DNA of 64,000 nucleotides from Chlorokybus atmophyticus (taxonomy: Eukaryota > Plantae > Mesostigma and Chlorokybus algae), in the NCBI GenBank assembly GCA_009103225.1, contig RHPI01001819.1:62001-126000 (forward strand), given 5' to 3'. This document shows positions 12,543 through 25,600 of this stretch, in pieces (position 1 is the stretch's first letter; every line of letters starts with the position of its first letter). The position numbers and the translations under genes were made by a program. Below the pieces are notes generated by a model, which ran no database searches, was not told the origin of the DNA, and saw only the letters and a program-made list of their open reading frames with translations.

Positions 12543-15500
12543 CAGTGTACCCTCGCTAAGAGCATACTGTTTATCCTCAGCCATCTTATGCTCTTGGCCG
12601 GGTTATTCTCGAAGCGTTTAAGAACATGATATGCCCTTGACTGCCAAGAGCATAAATTTGCTATTAGCGGGGTTTTGCGTATAAGACATGTATTGCTTTA
12701 ACACGGTGAGCAATGAAGCTCAACAATGCCCATGTTGCTACATTCTTGCTTGATACCATTGCGTTCATTGCTGTAGTCATGAATCCAAACCACATTCTTG
12801 CAGTATTCGTATGACATGCAGCCAAGCTGCTGTGATTGTAACTCATTGTTTGATGTACAAGTGCTGAACTTATCAATGGCTTGAAATATATTTGAGTGTG
12901 TTGACTTCTGTGTATGATGCAAAGCATGCACGCACACTTGCATGCATGTCTCATGCCTTGAACATAATGAAAGTCCGCATGTACATCGAACATCTCAGCC
13001 ACTAGGCATCGACTACAAGAGGGTCTTTGGCCGTTGCATTGGTGGTGGCTGCGTGTGATGTTGATGCCTCATTGCTGGAGGTATGAAAGACCTCGTGCAA
13101 GTGTGTCTAGTGCGAGAAGCCAAATAGCTGATGACGAATCACCACATTGCGGATGCCAACTGTAGATGCTCAAGCATAAAACACTCACTGCCGGCAACAA
13201 AGGCCCCAGCACTGTCCAAGTGCTGAAGACATTCGAACATCGTCACAACCGGCGGTGCGCACTCATCATCATCTTTGATTGTATTATGTGACAATCATGA
13301 GAAGGAATGCTACATACGGTGTGCATGCACACGTACACACCTTGCGCGGCGGGATCGACGGTGTCGTCCGTCGGTGGAGTTAGTGCCCCAACACTCATAA
13401 AAATGTCCTCGTCATATTAGCTAGCCTCAGTAGGAAGATGATCATTCGCCTCGACAATCTCCTCAGCGGAGAGCATGTCAGCACGCAGAATGGGCAAACG
13501 CTGCATCATCTCACCCATGTCGTGTATCACCGCGTGTATAATGCGCTCGGTGTCGGCGGGGGTGGCCTCATACCATTACGTGGGGGTGATGCCAGTCTTC
13601 CTTCAGCAGTTGGCAATGGTTGTGGCAGTCAGCTCGTCCCACGCCTCGCGATTCCACATGATGGCTTCACGCATATGCACCTTCACTTTACTCAAGTCGA
13701 GGGTGGGGTCTGCATTATATTGCTGGAGAAGATGCTGGACAAGCTTCCTTGTGTACCTGCACTTGAAGACCATCAACAACGTGATGTACACCACAACAAA
13801 CTCTGACAAACAAAAGGGATTTGGGGGGCCGGGCGGCCCCCAAACCTAAAAAATTCTGATACCTTGATAAAAATGAAGGCTCTATTTGTTCATAACACGG
13901 CATGTATTGTGACTTACCTGGCCTTGTATGCAGTGGTGATGCCAGCATCCAAAGGTTGCACTCTGGATGTGGTGTTGGCCGGAAGAAACAGACACTTTAT
14001 GTGGCTTAGTGACAGCGTTCGGAAGCCTTCCTCCATGCCCTGTTCTGCATACACGCAGGCATGCATTGAGGAGTTGTCCATCAGCAGCAAGATGTGGCGG
14101 TTCTATAGCTTCATTTTTAAATTGAAGGCACACAACCATCGGCTGAAGACCTGTTGCAAGCATTGCAAAAGTGAGTGACACAATCGATGCATATGCAACT
14201 GCAGATGAAGTTGCATGTGCACATGTACTCACCCCGGAGTTCATCCAAGCCTTCTTCTTGTAGTCATAGTTAACGCCCATGCGAATTGGCGTCCAAGTGC
14301 TGCCAAAGGACTTCGGACGCTTGTAGGTGCCAATGATGAGGACTGGTCGCTTTTTTGAACCGTCAGCGTTGACACACAAAACTGCCGTGATTCTGTCCTT
14401 TTCTCGCTTGCCCCCTCTGGCTTCCTCCGATGCAACTACTAATGTACGACGCGGACGTGCTCCACAGAACACTCCGCTCGCATCCATGTTCCATACATCA
14501 ATGATGCAATATTTTGCTATATGTAAAGGCAATTTACTACAAGCTGCATCCACACCCTACGCATCTGCATTAGCTGCTTCGCCATGCAGAGTTTTCGCAT
14601 GACGCTTCTTGAAACGGTGCACCCAACCTTGCCAAGCGTTGAACCCTTTTATGCCTAACCGGTTGGCAAAATCTAATGCTTTTTCCATCATCGGTGCATA
14701 AATAATTAATGCATTGCGTGCTGTGGCCTGTGCAAACCACTCGTACAATCCATCTTTTAGCTTAAGATGAGCCCCAACCAGCGTCCTTTTGTTTTTGGCC
14801 GCATGCTTGCCACCCACAGTCAACATATCGGGTATTTACTGGCGCTGTTTGTTAAGAAGTTTGAGAGCGAACTCTGCTTGATAGTGAACTTCAACGTAAT
14901 TCTAATAAGAGCAATTAGCTCCGCTTGCTTAAGACCTTCATTGGCGTCACACAGCTTAAAGATGCGCTGCTTGTCTTTTGGAGGAAGGTTATCACGCTTT
15001 GTTTGTGCCATGCTGACCTACAACAACAATCACACTACATTACTGTCTGTGCATACACTGCATGTACGTGCATGCACTGCATGTGCGTTGAAAACCCTTA
15101 CTTGTTGGGCGCCAGCATCGGCGCTGCAACAGCCGTAACCGGCTAGCCGCCCTACAAGTTGAGCGGCATGCCCATCAACTATACCCCGCCCGCCGCCACT
15201 GCACCAGCCTGCGTCTCCTCACCGCCGTCACTGCCGTCCGAAGTGGCCGCGATGATGCTTTGCAACGCTGAGTTACATTAAAATACAGTGAATTACATGC
15301 ATCACGCCTGCACCCCCGATACTTATGCTCATCGCGCTATGCGCCCTATGCATCACACCTGCACCCACGATACAAGCATACCCTCACTCAAACTTACGAC
15401 TTTTTCATGCAAAACAAACATGCGCTTCGCGGTTAATCATATTCTCTTAAGACGCATAATTTGCCTGTGAAACATTTGGTAATCTCATTTTTTATGATAC

Positions 15501-15545
15501 TAACGGGGTTATTCTCTTCAAACGAATTCTCTTAGCGGGGGTAGA
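12543..15545 (-). mobile_element. Tigger/pogo-like DNA transposon 3
   Basis: TA + CAGTGTACCCTCGCTAAGAG at 12541; right TIR CTCTTAGCGGGGGTAGA ends near 15545 and is fused to the next TIR. Confidence 0.85.
13400..15011 (-). pseudogene. Tigger-like transposase (CENP-B N-terminal HTH, Tc5 HTH, DDE_1)
   Basis: LKDGLYEWF...GFNAWQGWVHRFKKRH, VWNMDASGVF, KDRITAVLCVNADGSKK, KAWMNS, EAWDELTATTIANC; frameshifted, and the catalytic D-E motif is altered (MDAS). Confidence 0.9.
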
Positions 15546-15996
15546 CAGTCTACCCCCGCTAAGAGCATATTGTTTGTCCTCAGCATTCGTATGCTCTTGG
15601 CGTTTAAGAGAATAACATGCTCTTAGATGTCAAGAGCATATACAAGTTATTAACGCCGTTTCATAACGCCCATCACGCCCATTGCACACGCATTTTACGT
15701 CACGCCCATCGCGCCATCACGCCCGTCATGTCAATTGTGCATCACACTTTGCCTATTATGCCATATTTATCACGCACGTCACGCGTTATGCCACACCCGT
15801 CACACGCTACACCCCCGACATTGAATCTCGCTAACTAAAACTTGCAAAAATAATATCAAATACAAACAAGCTCTTCGCGATTAAGCATCTTCTCTTAGCC
15901 ACTAGTATTTGCCCCTAATATATTTGGTCACCTCAATTCCCATGCTATAAGCGGGGTTATGCTCTTGGAGCGAAGTCTCTTAACGGGGGTAGATTG
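15546..15996. mobile_element. MITE sharing the element-3 TIR (451 bp)
   Basis: CAGTCTACCCCCGCTAAGAG at 15546 and CTCTTAACGGGGGTAGATTG ending 15996 followed by TA; left subterminal region resembles 12543-12630; no coding capacity seen. Confidence 0.85.
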
Positions 15997-16569
15997 TACT
16001 GTACACAGCACTGCTTCGGCACCATGCATGGTACGGTGACCGGCTGCTGCCCAGCGGATTGGTTCAAGCGTACATCAGCAGACCGCGCAAGCAGCCTGCA
16101 GCTTGTAGTTATCCGCGCTTGCTGGAGTGTCGATGCTCTACTGAGCTGTCGTTGCTGCTGCGGTCGAAGCTGGTGGCGGCGGCGGCGGCGGCGGCAGTGG
16201 GGGGGTGCGGGCAGTGGTGATGAGCGGTAGGTATATTGAGAGTTGCCTGCTGCTGAAAAACATAGTATTTGTATACAAGTACAAGATTGCCATTGCTGTT
16301 GCATTGCACAAGCATGCGTAATATCAGTGTTGGCTACCGCATGCATGCGTTTCATCTCGTGAGACCACATGAAGCCGACAGTAAGATCAAGTTGGCAGTG
16401 AGTGGGTGCTAGCTTTGTCACTGATGAAAGTTGATGCGTGTTGATTTCCATGCAGAAGCTGCTTGCCTTCCCGTAGCTGTACATTAGCCAGCTGTCACCT
16501 TGATTAGTAAAAAGCTTTGCGTTGTTGCTATGTGCGAGCTGATCTACTGAAGCTAAGTCATGCAGGCAG

Positions 16570-17830
16570 ATTACGAAGCAAAAACTATCTTCACCGGTAG
16601 AAATGGGTTTCGGCAAGTCAGGCTGAATCCGCAACTTTGTAATAAACGGAGCTGGACGTAAATTACGGAATATGTAAACTTCATGGCAGATCCATATATT
16701 TGTTATGACTATAGCCGAAATATTGTTACAACCTGTCACAAACGGCACTCCGCCGGTGACAATCCTAAGCACCGAATCCTCAACAACGTTTAACGTTGTG
16801 ATTGATTTGATCAATAGTACACGAATTTATACTACAAGGTGTGTGTTACGGTCATTACTTTGCACCGGTACCAACTCTAATGATTTCATGACCTCATTAT
16901 TGCCAAGATCAACCCCGCGGCCTATCTGCTACTTGCATGTGATATAATTAGTACTAGCACATGAGTTAAAGACTTCCCCAACTCACCGCAAATAACCGTG
17001 CAAAAACAGGTGATGCAGGGAACTTAATGCAAACATCTGCCAGTAATCAAGCGCGACAATTGCACGAGACGGCAGGTCTAACACATTCTTCATCTTCAAG
17101 TCACTCACATTTTCGCAATTTCCTTCACGATCATGTATCAGGAATAAAAGCACAGGTACCAGTAGCCGTATATACATAAATGCTACCGGCTTATAGATGT
17201 ATATACATGTATACATATATTGTATATACATACGTATATGTACATATATATACACATATATATTTGCATAACTCCTACGTCCATGCATGCAATCCATTCA
17301 ACAATTCTTGCGGCACGTGAGACAATTGAGGTAGCTTTAAGAAGTAATGGTAATTACACTCGCCAGACCATGCGTCATGTGTCATATTTAGGCGGTCAGG
17401 GTTCAGGTCGTAGGTCATTGCTTGCAAACCCAATAGGCGCATCTGCACAGGTTAAAAACCCGGCGACGCGGTAAATCTCGCTGCTCTGCGACTTTTTGGG
17501 TTTTTGCCGCAAACTGCGGTCATAACTTTGGGGTTAGATCACGCATTAAGTTTGATTCCCTTGATATATGATCTAACCAAAAAATAGTACATGATGTGGA
17601 CGTGATTATAAGTTCAAGAAAAGACGGACACTAAACTTAATGCACACCAACAACTTGACCTTAATGGCAGTCAGATACCAAACAAAGTTGTGGCTGCAGC
17701 AGGTAAAAATGCAAAATCCGATACGTTGCTTGCATGCGGATCCCTAATTGAGTTATAGCTAGTTTTCCTTTAAGTTGAGGGCAAGGCCGAATTGTTGGGG
17801 GGGCATTTCTACCAGTGTTTGTTGAAGAGT
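16570..17830. repeat. AT-rich dispersed repeat family, copy 1 (probable decayed coding sequence)
   Basis: Aligns by eye with 55410-56990 (e.g. AATGATTTCAYGACCTCAT, CTTAATGCACACCAAC) and with 63545-63740 (CACCGGTRGAAATGGGTTTYGGYAAGTCAGGCT). Confidence 0.8.
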
Positions 17831-18207
17831 CCGCTTGCAGAGCATGCTTGGCAGAGGTGGCGTAAATGGTGCAATCGAGCGGCTGAACTGCTGTAGATGT
17901 TGGTTTGATCATGGGTTTAAGTTAAGTAACGCGTCGCTGCGTTTATGTTTGGGTTGCTCCAAAAACTTGCATGTAAGAAGTCACAAGTAGACCCATTGTT
18001 GTCAACACCGCTGTGCATATGCATGCCAAGCTTGGCTTCTTGCTGCTAGTAAGCACCGTTGCACTTGTGGCTCACGGGGAGGGGGGGATCATTGAACAAC
18101 TGCAGCGGCTGCTGCTTATGTCTACATGTAATGTGATGGGATCATGTGTGGTTTTAGAAGCAATCCCTCTGCCCCATGCGAGCTCTCTATTGCGCGCAGG
18201 CTGCAGG

Positions 18208-18805
18208 TGTCATGCCTATTGCCCGCGCATACCAGCGTTCTTCGAGCATGCCTACATCACAACCATTGCCCGGCCTACCAGCGTACCAACGCGCGTGCGT
18301 CACTAACCAGTAGCTAGGTCATGACTCTGAAGTAGCTCACGACCATAGCCGACATAGGCACCGCGCGTAGCTGTTCAGTTGTGAGTTCAGTTCAGATAAA
18401 TTGTGTTCTATACGAGTGGTGATTGCTGTGGAATAAGCCTTGATATGACCGTTAGCTTATGTTCTGACCAGTTATGATTTGACTTGTATAAATAGCCACG
18501 GTGTTCACTGGGTCAGCTGGTGACATTGTGAGTGAGAGACAGCTAAGAGCTTGTGAAGCGACTTGAACTGCGAACACGCCATCTCAGTTACTAAGATACC
18601 CCTCACTGTGTGAGAGCCTGTGCATGCTCATGTGCATCGTGCTTGTCATTGCTGGTGAGCTTGGTGTGCCTGGTTGCCGTGTGCTTGCTGGCATTAGTTA
18701 GGGCATAGTATCCACGCATTGCTTGCTCATTCACCTCACTTAACGGTGTAACACATTTTCCACTTATGCAAAAAACTGTGTAAACAGCACTACCTATAGT
18801 AGTGG
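18208..18805 (+). repeat. Candidate 5' LTR (repeat X) of the DNMT-Gypsy
   Basis: Starts TGTCATGCCTATTGCC; strongly similar to 49717-50307 (TGTCGTGCCTATTGCC...TATAGTAGTGG). True 3' boundary uncertain, possibly near 18968. Confidence 0.65.
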
Positions 18806-19026
18806 GAACTTACAGTGTCACCCTCTTTGCTTAAGTGAGTGCGTTGCATTCTGCATCACATAGTGCAGTCTGAATCTGGGGACACATCCCTGTGCATTCC
18901 TTATCACTCTCATTACATAGTGCACACACACAAGCACTAGTGTGGTGAGTGGTAGCGGTATCGAGACAGGCAGTAGAGCACAAACACTCTACCCCGCATA
19001 CACTTTCACCTGTTTAGACTAGCGAT

Positions 19027-21965
19027 ATGAGCAGGCCCATTTTGTTCTCTCCAATAGACGAGGGTGACCTCAGCAGCTTGAGCCCAACCTCCAATCTCAC
19101 CTACGAGCGTACTTGGACGGGAGCAACGATCGTAGCAGCAGAAGCTCGCGTTTTGTCTCCGGCTTCACTCCGTTCTTGTCTGCTCCTCAGCATCGAGCTT
19201 TTCCACTCCCGCCCGATAGTGACAACTATGAGATGGAGTCTCCAAGCTCAACCACGTACCTGCGCTTTTCCGAACGTGCTGGCACTACCTCGTTGGACGA
19301 ATTCATCATCAAGTTCCATTCCAAGATGCGACAGCATATTCTGTAGAACAGCGACTGGTTAGATGAGACTTCTTTTCACATTGCTGCCCGGTATCTAGAC
19401 CATGAAGCACAGAATGTCGGGAAGTCTATTGCTGAACAGCATCAAGTTGATGGCTATGGCGAGCTCGCCGGCACTATAGCATCTGCATCATTGCACAGTC
19501 CAGCAGCTATCTTTCCACCTCCCACTCCCGCTGCGGTCACCGGTTTGTCCATAGCAGCAGCCATTGACATGGCAGAGGAGGAACCTGAGTTGGTGATCGT
19601 CAACCTAACCCTTGCAAAGATTGAGATCAAAACGGCCGCGCGACGGGCTTGGATTCTGGACCGTCCCGCTGCTATCCTTGAAGAACAACAAACTGCAGCC
19701 ATTGAGGTGGGCACACCCCTACCGTTGACAACACCTGGTTCTCGTGCGGGAGGCAGTGCTTTCACCCTCGGGTCAGTCGCACTGTGCGCATCAGCCATCA
19801 CTGTTGGTGCTGCCGTCTTTGACTCTCTCCTCAAGGACCTATACGCTGCACTTCGTCGCACCTTCCCACCGCAGACCACTAGCAAAGTGGAGGAGTTGAG
19901 GCGTTTCTGACGCAAGCCAAATGAGAACCCTATACGCCTGTACTCCAGACTAGAAGGGCCGTTGAAGGACACTGACTACAAGATCGTCAGTAACGAGGCT
20001 GTTGCAGTGGTATATGTCAATGAGTTGGATGCCGCCCTGAGCGAGTCGACGTGCCTGACCCTTAACTACAGCAGGCTCCTTGGCTACACGCTTAAGGAAG
20101 CTTTCGAGACTGCACAAGCCATCCATACACGCTTGGTGTATGAGAGAGAAGGCAGTGCTGGACACCAGTCGTAGTGTCTCACGGCCTGTAGCTAGCACAA
20201 CTACCGAGCCTCCCCGCCGCAAGCGTGGCTAGGACGCTCCATTAGCACGCGAGAACGGAAACGGTCAGCGCATACTGCTCTGACGGCCCCTGTGCTGTGT
20301 TATCACTGTGGAGGGCATGGGCACTACAAAAAGGAGTGCACCCAAGAGTACTCAACCCTAGGCTGCGACAACTGTCACAAGATATGGCACTTGGAGTCAG
20401 TTTGCTGGCTCAAGTTCCTTGAGTTGAGACCGGCCAACAGCTGCAACGGCAACAACTCTGGTGGCTACAACATCAACAACACTGGAGGCCACAATGGCAA
20501 CAACTTGTGTGGCTACAACAGCAACCATACTGGAGGCCATAACCACCACAACAACAACGCCAACGCTCGCAGGGAAGAGCAAGGCTACAGGGGGAAGAAT
20601 CGTCCTCCTCAGCGTAAGAGACTGGAAGAACATCCGCGCGCTGCTGCTGTTGCCGTCAAGGCTTTAGTCAACCCACCAGCTGGTGACCATATTGCTGCCC
20701 TCATGGCGCGTATGGAGGAAGACAAGGAGCAGGACTACCGCGCCTGATATTCTACCCGGTGGGCACTGATGGCTCCAAAGCGCACGAGAGACACCAGCAC
20801 TCCGTCACGCGTTCAACCATCCCGACGAGTTTAAGGGGACGCCCCAACATCGTCAGCAACTACCTCCTCTGAGGTCACCAGTGGTGCTGCACCAGCCGCA
20901 ACAGCTACACCGGCTATGATGTCAACTCCGTTAACATCAGCAGCAACTACTCCAGTTGCACCAGAAGTTGATACATCAGTGAGCACCGTGATGCCAACAC
21001 TGTTGAGCGCTAGCGACAGCCACTGCTGTCACCGACCCTGCGGCAGTACGTGCACCGGTCGCGCTCCAACTGCAGCACGACCTGTGTCAGCGAGCGTTGA
21101 GACCACTCTCGCACCACTGAGCGGCACTCTTGCAACCACCGACAGCGCCATCATCGAGCCCGCTGCCACTGCAGCGACGCGCGCAGCTACATTGCCCGTC
21201 CTCGACGTCACTCAGGCTGTCCCACGAGGTCAGCAAGCTGAGCGCGTATGGGAGACCATCATGCGTGGAGCAGCCCCCACTACTATTGCTTTTGGGCGCG
21301 GAGGAGCGCACACAACGCGCGTTGAATGCAGTGATTGCGTCTTCCCACTGCCTGAATATCATACCCTGCCAGACTATACTCAACGGCAACTAGAGGATGA
21401 AATCCTCGTCGGCACGGCGCATCCCATGCGAGACCACGTTTTTGTGGTCTGAACACCTGTTGTACTAGAGCTGGCACTACAGCTGCTCTGGACTCTGCAT
21501 AACAACATGCAAACTGCGCCACGCCAGCCCGCACAAGTCCGTTATGAACCTGTCGAGCCAAGCCCGCTGGACACGTATTGGGAACGGCAACCCAATGTAC
21601 AGCAGCACATCGCTGATAAAACCGACATGCCTTTGGGTGACAACGAAGCACTGAGACCCCTCAGTACCGTTCGGCTTCATGAGCGCTACACCGCTCTGGA
21701 ACAGGCGTTCACCTGGCGGCAGGATCAAACGGCAGCAGTCAATGCAAGAGCGCAAGCCCTTGCCGCTGCTCGCGCTTTTGTTCTTCAACCAACAATCGCT
21801 GGCCCATCATCCAGCACGACACCCCTTGTCGGTGAGCCCAACATTGACCAGGCGAGAGCGCTGGCCCAACAAACCAGGGGGTTGATCGCCCCGCTGCTAC
21901 CCGCCTTGTTGGAAGACTTGCCTGACGATCAACGAGATTCAGGGAAAGGCTACCTCACACCATAA
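19027..21965 (+). pseudogene. gag region of the DNMT-Gypsy, fragmented
   Basis: Capsid-like segment (LRRTFPPQTTSKVEELRRF...ENPIRLYSRL) and two CCHC-type knuckles CYHCGGHGHYKKEC and CDNCHKIWHLESVC in ORF 20292..20747; stops and frameshifts. Confidence 0.75.
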
Positions 21966-21966
21966 G

Positions 21967-22610
21967 TGTGACGGTGCTCGTGCCTTGTCATCTGTGAGTT
22001 GGTCCAATCCACAACCCTCTCACCAAGACACGGTATTCACATCAAAACCTTGCCCCCTCTGCCAAGCACGCACGCGCATGCGCTCGAAGCTACACACCGA
22101 CTTGTGTAGCGCCTTGGATCATCACACAAGCAAGCACACACTAGTGGAAACACGCTAGCAACCCCTGCTAACCACCACCAAACTTGCACACAAGAAACTA
22201 GGGAGCTAAAGGTTGTATTGCAAATTGTAGAATGTCACTTTTATACCTACCAGTCTGCACATGCTACTGTCTAGACGACTCTAGCGCTAGACGGAATTAG
22301 AAGCTAAGATGTTCTTGCAGAATCCTGTAGTACACTTCTAGACCTTTCCGACGCACCAGAGATCTCCTTATTTGCTGCTCATATGGTCAAGTTATACTAC
22401 TTGGCGCCAGGCCCTTCCAAAAATCTGGTCGAGCCCTTCTCGACTGGCCCTCCGTTCTCTGGCGTCTTCCAGACTGGCCCTGGGCCTATCGATATCTGCG
22501 GCAGACTCGCAACTCGCCGATATCCGCCACAAGTCATGAAAAACGTGATACCTCACAAATAAGGCCTAAACTGGCCATGAAAATCACGAAACTTGGCCTT
22601 GACTGTTACA
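21967..22610 (-). repeat. 3' LTR of chromovirus (644 bp)
   Basis: TGTGAC...GTTACA termini; duplicated at 27279-27946. Confidence 0.95.
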
Positions 22611-22649
22611 TTCCTCCCCCCCCTAGGTGAGCTCCGTCCTCGAAGCTCG

Positions 22650-25600
22650 CGGGGTTGTCGTCGAGCAAGATAGTCATGCACAACGTCTCAAGCATTATTA
22701 GCCAAGTGTGCCTCTGGCTCCCAGGATGCTTCATGCAATGGATAGCCCTTCCATTTCACTAAGAACTTGCGCACGCCATGCACAAACTTCTTACCAAGGA
22801 TGTCTTCTACCTCCCACTCTGGTTCACCATTCGTGCCAACTTCAGGGGGTGGCCTTTCCGGCGGTCGTCCTCGATATGCTTTTGGAAGGGAGACGTGAAA
22901 AAACGGGGAGGCACACGCATGGTGTTGGCTAGCTCCAGCTTGTACGCCACCTCCGATATAACCTTGTTGACCGTAAATGGTCCCAACCTGTGTTCATTCA
23001 GCTTGCGAACCCCCGTACGCACCTGTACATGCTTCGCGGCAAGTAACACAATGTCGCCTTCTTGAAAGGCGAGGTGTCGGCGATGCGTGTCCGCGTACTG
23101 CTTCTGCCTGTTTTGTGCCACCAATAGCGCCTCCCTAGCTGCCTTATTAATGTCCGCGCACTTTGTGAGGAAGTCATTAGCTGCCTCCACACGCACGTCA
23201 TGTCGTCGCGGTGTCCATGCCGTCAACGGTGTCAATGGATGTTGCCCGTAGTTCATAAGGAAGGGAGTGACACCTGTGCTTGCATTGTGCTGGTTGTTGA
23301 TCGCAAACTCCACCAACTCAAACAGCTCCGCCCAATTGTCTTGTTGCGCGTTAATGTAGCAACGTTGCATGTCCTCGATTGCACGGTGGGTCCGCTCTGT
23401 TTGCCCATCAGTTTGCGGGTGGAATGCCGTGCTAAACTTCAGTGTGGTACCCAGTGCACTATGCAGCGCCTCCCAAAACTTACTTGTAAAGCGCGGGTCG
23501 CGATCACCAACAATGCTTCGTGGTAATTCATAAGAACGAAACACATGCTTTACGAACAAGCGTGCTGCCTCCGGTGCCGTGCAAGACTCACCACACGGTG
23601 CCAAGCGTACCGTTTTGCTGGTTTTGTCGACAACACAAGTACAGCATCGTACCCTTCTTTTGTCTTTGGTAGCCCCGTGATAACGTCCATGGTAACTTGC
23701 TCCCACTTGGACAATGGCACAGGGAGAGGTTGCAGCAACTCACCTGGCTTTTGGTTGCTTGCCTTCACCCTTTGGCATGCGTCGCACAACGCCAGGTAGT
23801 CGCGCACCTCGCGATGCATCTCTCGCCAGTAAAAACGCTGCTTCAAGCTTGCCAAAGTCCTCTCCAACCCTTGGTGACCAGCAAAGGGCACATCATGAGC
23901 TTCCTTCAGCAACTTCACACGGATATGCGCAACGTTGGGGATGTACAAGCGCCCGTGGTGCCATAGCAGCCCGTCGTGCATTCACCAATGTCCACTTGTG
24001 TCCGTGGCTGCACTTTCCAGCTCTTGTAACACTTGCATACCCTCATTGTCTTTACAAAGCACTTGCCAAATCTGGTCGGTCCACTCGGGCTGCACTTGAG
24101 CGAGTGCCTCGATTGCATTTAGCCGGCTCAGCGCGTCAGCAACACCATTTGACGTACCGGGCTTACCGATATCGAAATCAAAAAGTTGAAAAAACTCCAG
24201 CCATCGTGCTTGTCTGCGACTTAGATGAGGTTGTGTTTTGTAAGTACCTCAGTGGAGAGTGATCCGTCAACTACGAACTTTTTGCCTTCCCAAAACAACG
24301 CCACTGTCGCAGCGCCATTACTTGCGCCAAAAGTTCCTTCTCGTGCACGGGGTGATTTAGCTCCGCACCACTCATCTTCTTGCTGAAGAATGCTACTGGT
24401 TGAAGGCCGTGGCCATGGTCTTGCTGTAAAACAGCTCTTACGGCTGTATTGGACGCGTCACAAGCCAAAATAAATGTCTTCTCCATGTCGGGGTGAGCCA
24501 GGACTGGTGCCTCCGTCAGCGCCTTCATCAACGCAGCAAATCCATGTTCCTTTGTTGCTGACCAGCTCCAGGGCTTGCCCTTTTTGAGTAGGGCAGTCAA
24601 GGGGAGCAGCTATGCACGAAAACCCCATGAAAAACTTGCGATAATACCCCGCAAGGCCTAAAAAGAACATCACCTCCGTTACGTTGGTCGGGGAAGCCCA
24701 CTCGCGCACCACCTGCACTTTGTTGGGGTCCGGCTTGATGCCTTCATGCGACATGATGTGGCCTAGGTACTCCACCTCTCGAAGCAAGAATTTGCACTTT
24801 TGTAGCTGGGCATACAACTTGTGTTCGCGCAAACACTGCAACACGCACCGTAGAAGTGCCACGTGCTCCTCCTTTGTCTTCGCGTACACCAAAATGTCGT
24901 CGAGGTACAGGAAGACTCCCTTACCAATCAAGTCAGCAAAAACGCTGTTCATTGGCGTTTAAAATGTTGCCGGCGTGTTCGTAAGTCCGAAAGACATAAC
25001 CAACCACTCGTAGTGCCCATAACGTGTGTTAAAAGCTGTTTTCTCCACATCCTCGGGCGCGATGCAGATTTGGTGATAACCTCCAGCAAGATCAAGTTGT
25101 GAAGTACTGCGCACCTTGCAATTGCTCCAGCAACTCGTCGATACGTGGGAGTTGAAAGTAATTCCTCTTTGTGATGTTGTTGAGAGCTCGATAGTCGACG
25201 CACATGCGCAAGCTCCCGTTCTTCTTTCGTTCAAACAAATAGGTCCACCATAAGGGGACTTACTAGGCCTGATGTAACCTCTTTTCAGCAAGTCCGCCAC
25301 CTGCCTCTCGGCATCTTCCAGTTTCAAAGGTGGTAACTTGTATACGGGTCGATACGGTGGCTTGTGCACGCCCTCAATCAGCTCCACACGGTCTATGCTC
25401 CGTGGAGGTGGTAAACCAGATGGAAGTCCGTCCACCATGATATCTTGGTATTTTTTAACAAGTTTACACACTTCGGGGTCCATCGTAGCCGTCGTAACAT
25501 CGTCACTCAGCACCGGTGCTGACTTTGCAGTATTTTCGTGCACCACGCACAACCATGCAGCCTTTGCCTTCCGTGGAGACAATAACTTCCTTAATTGCAC

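Noticed and set aside
15957-16814. 285-aa minus-strand ORF as a real gene
   Set aside because: No recognisable domain; it runs through a GGC microsatellite, and homologous copies do not preserve this frame as far as can be seen.
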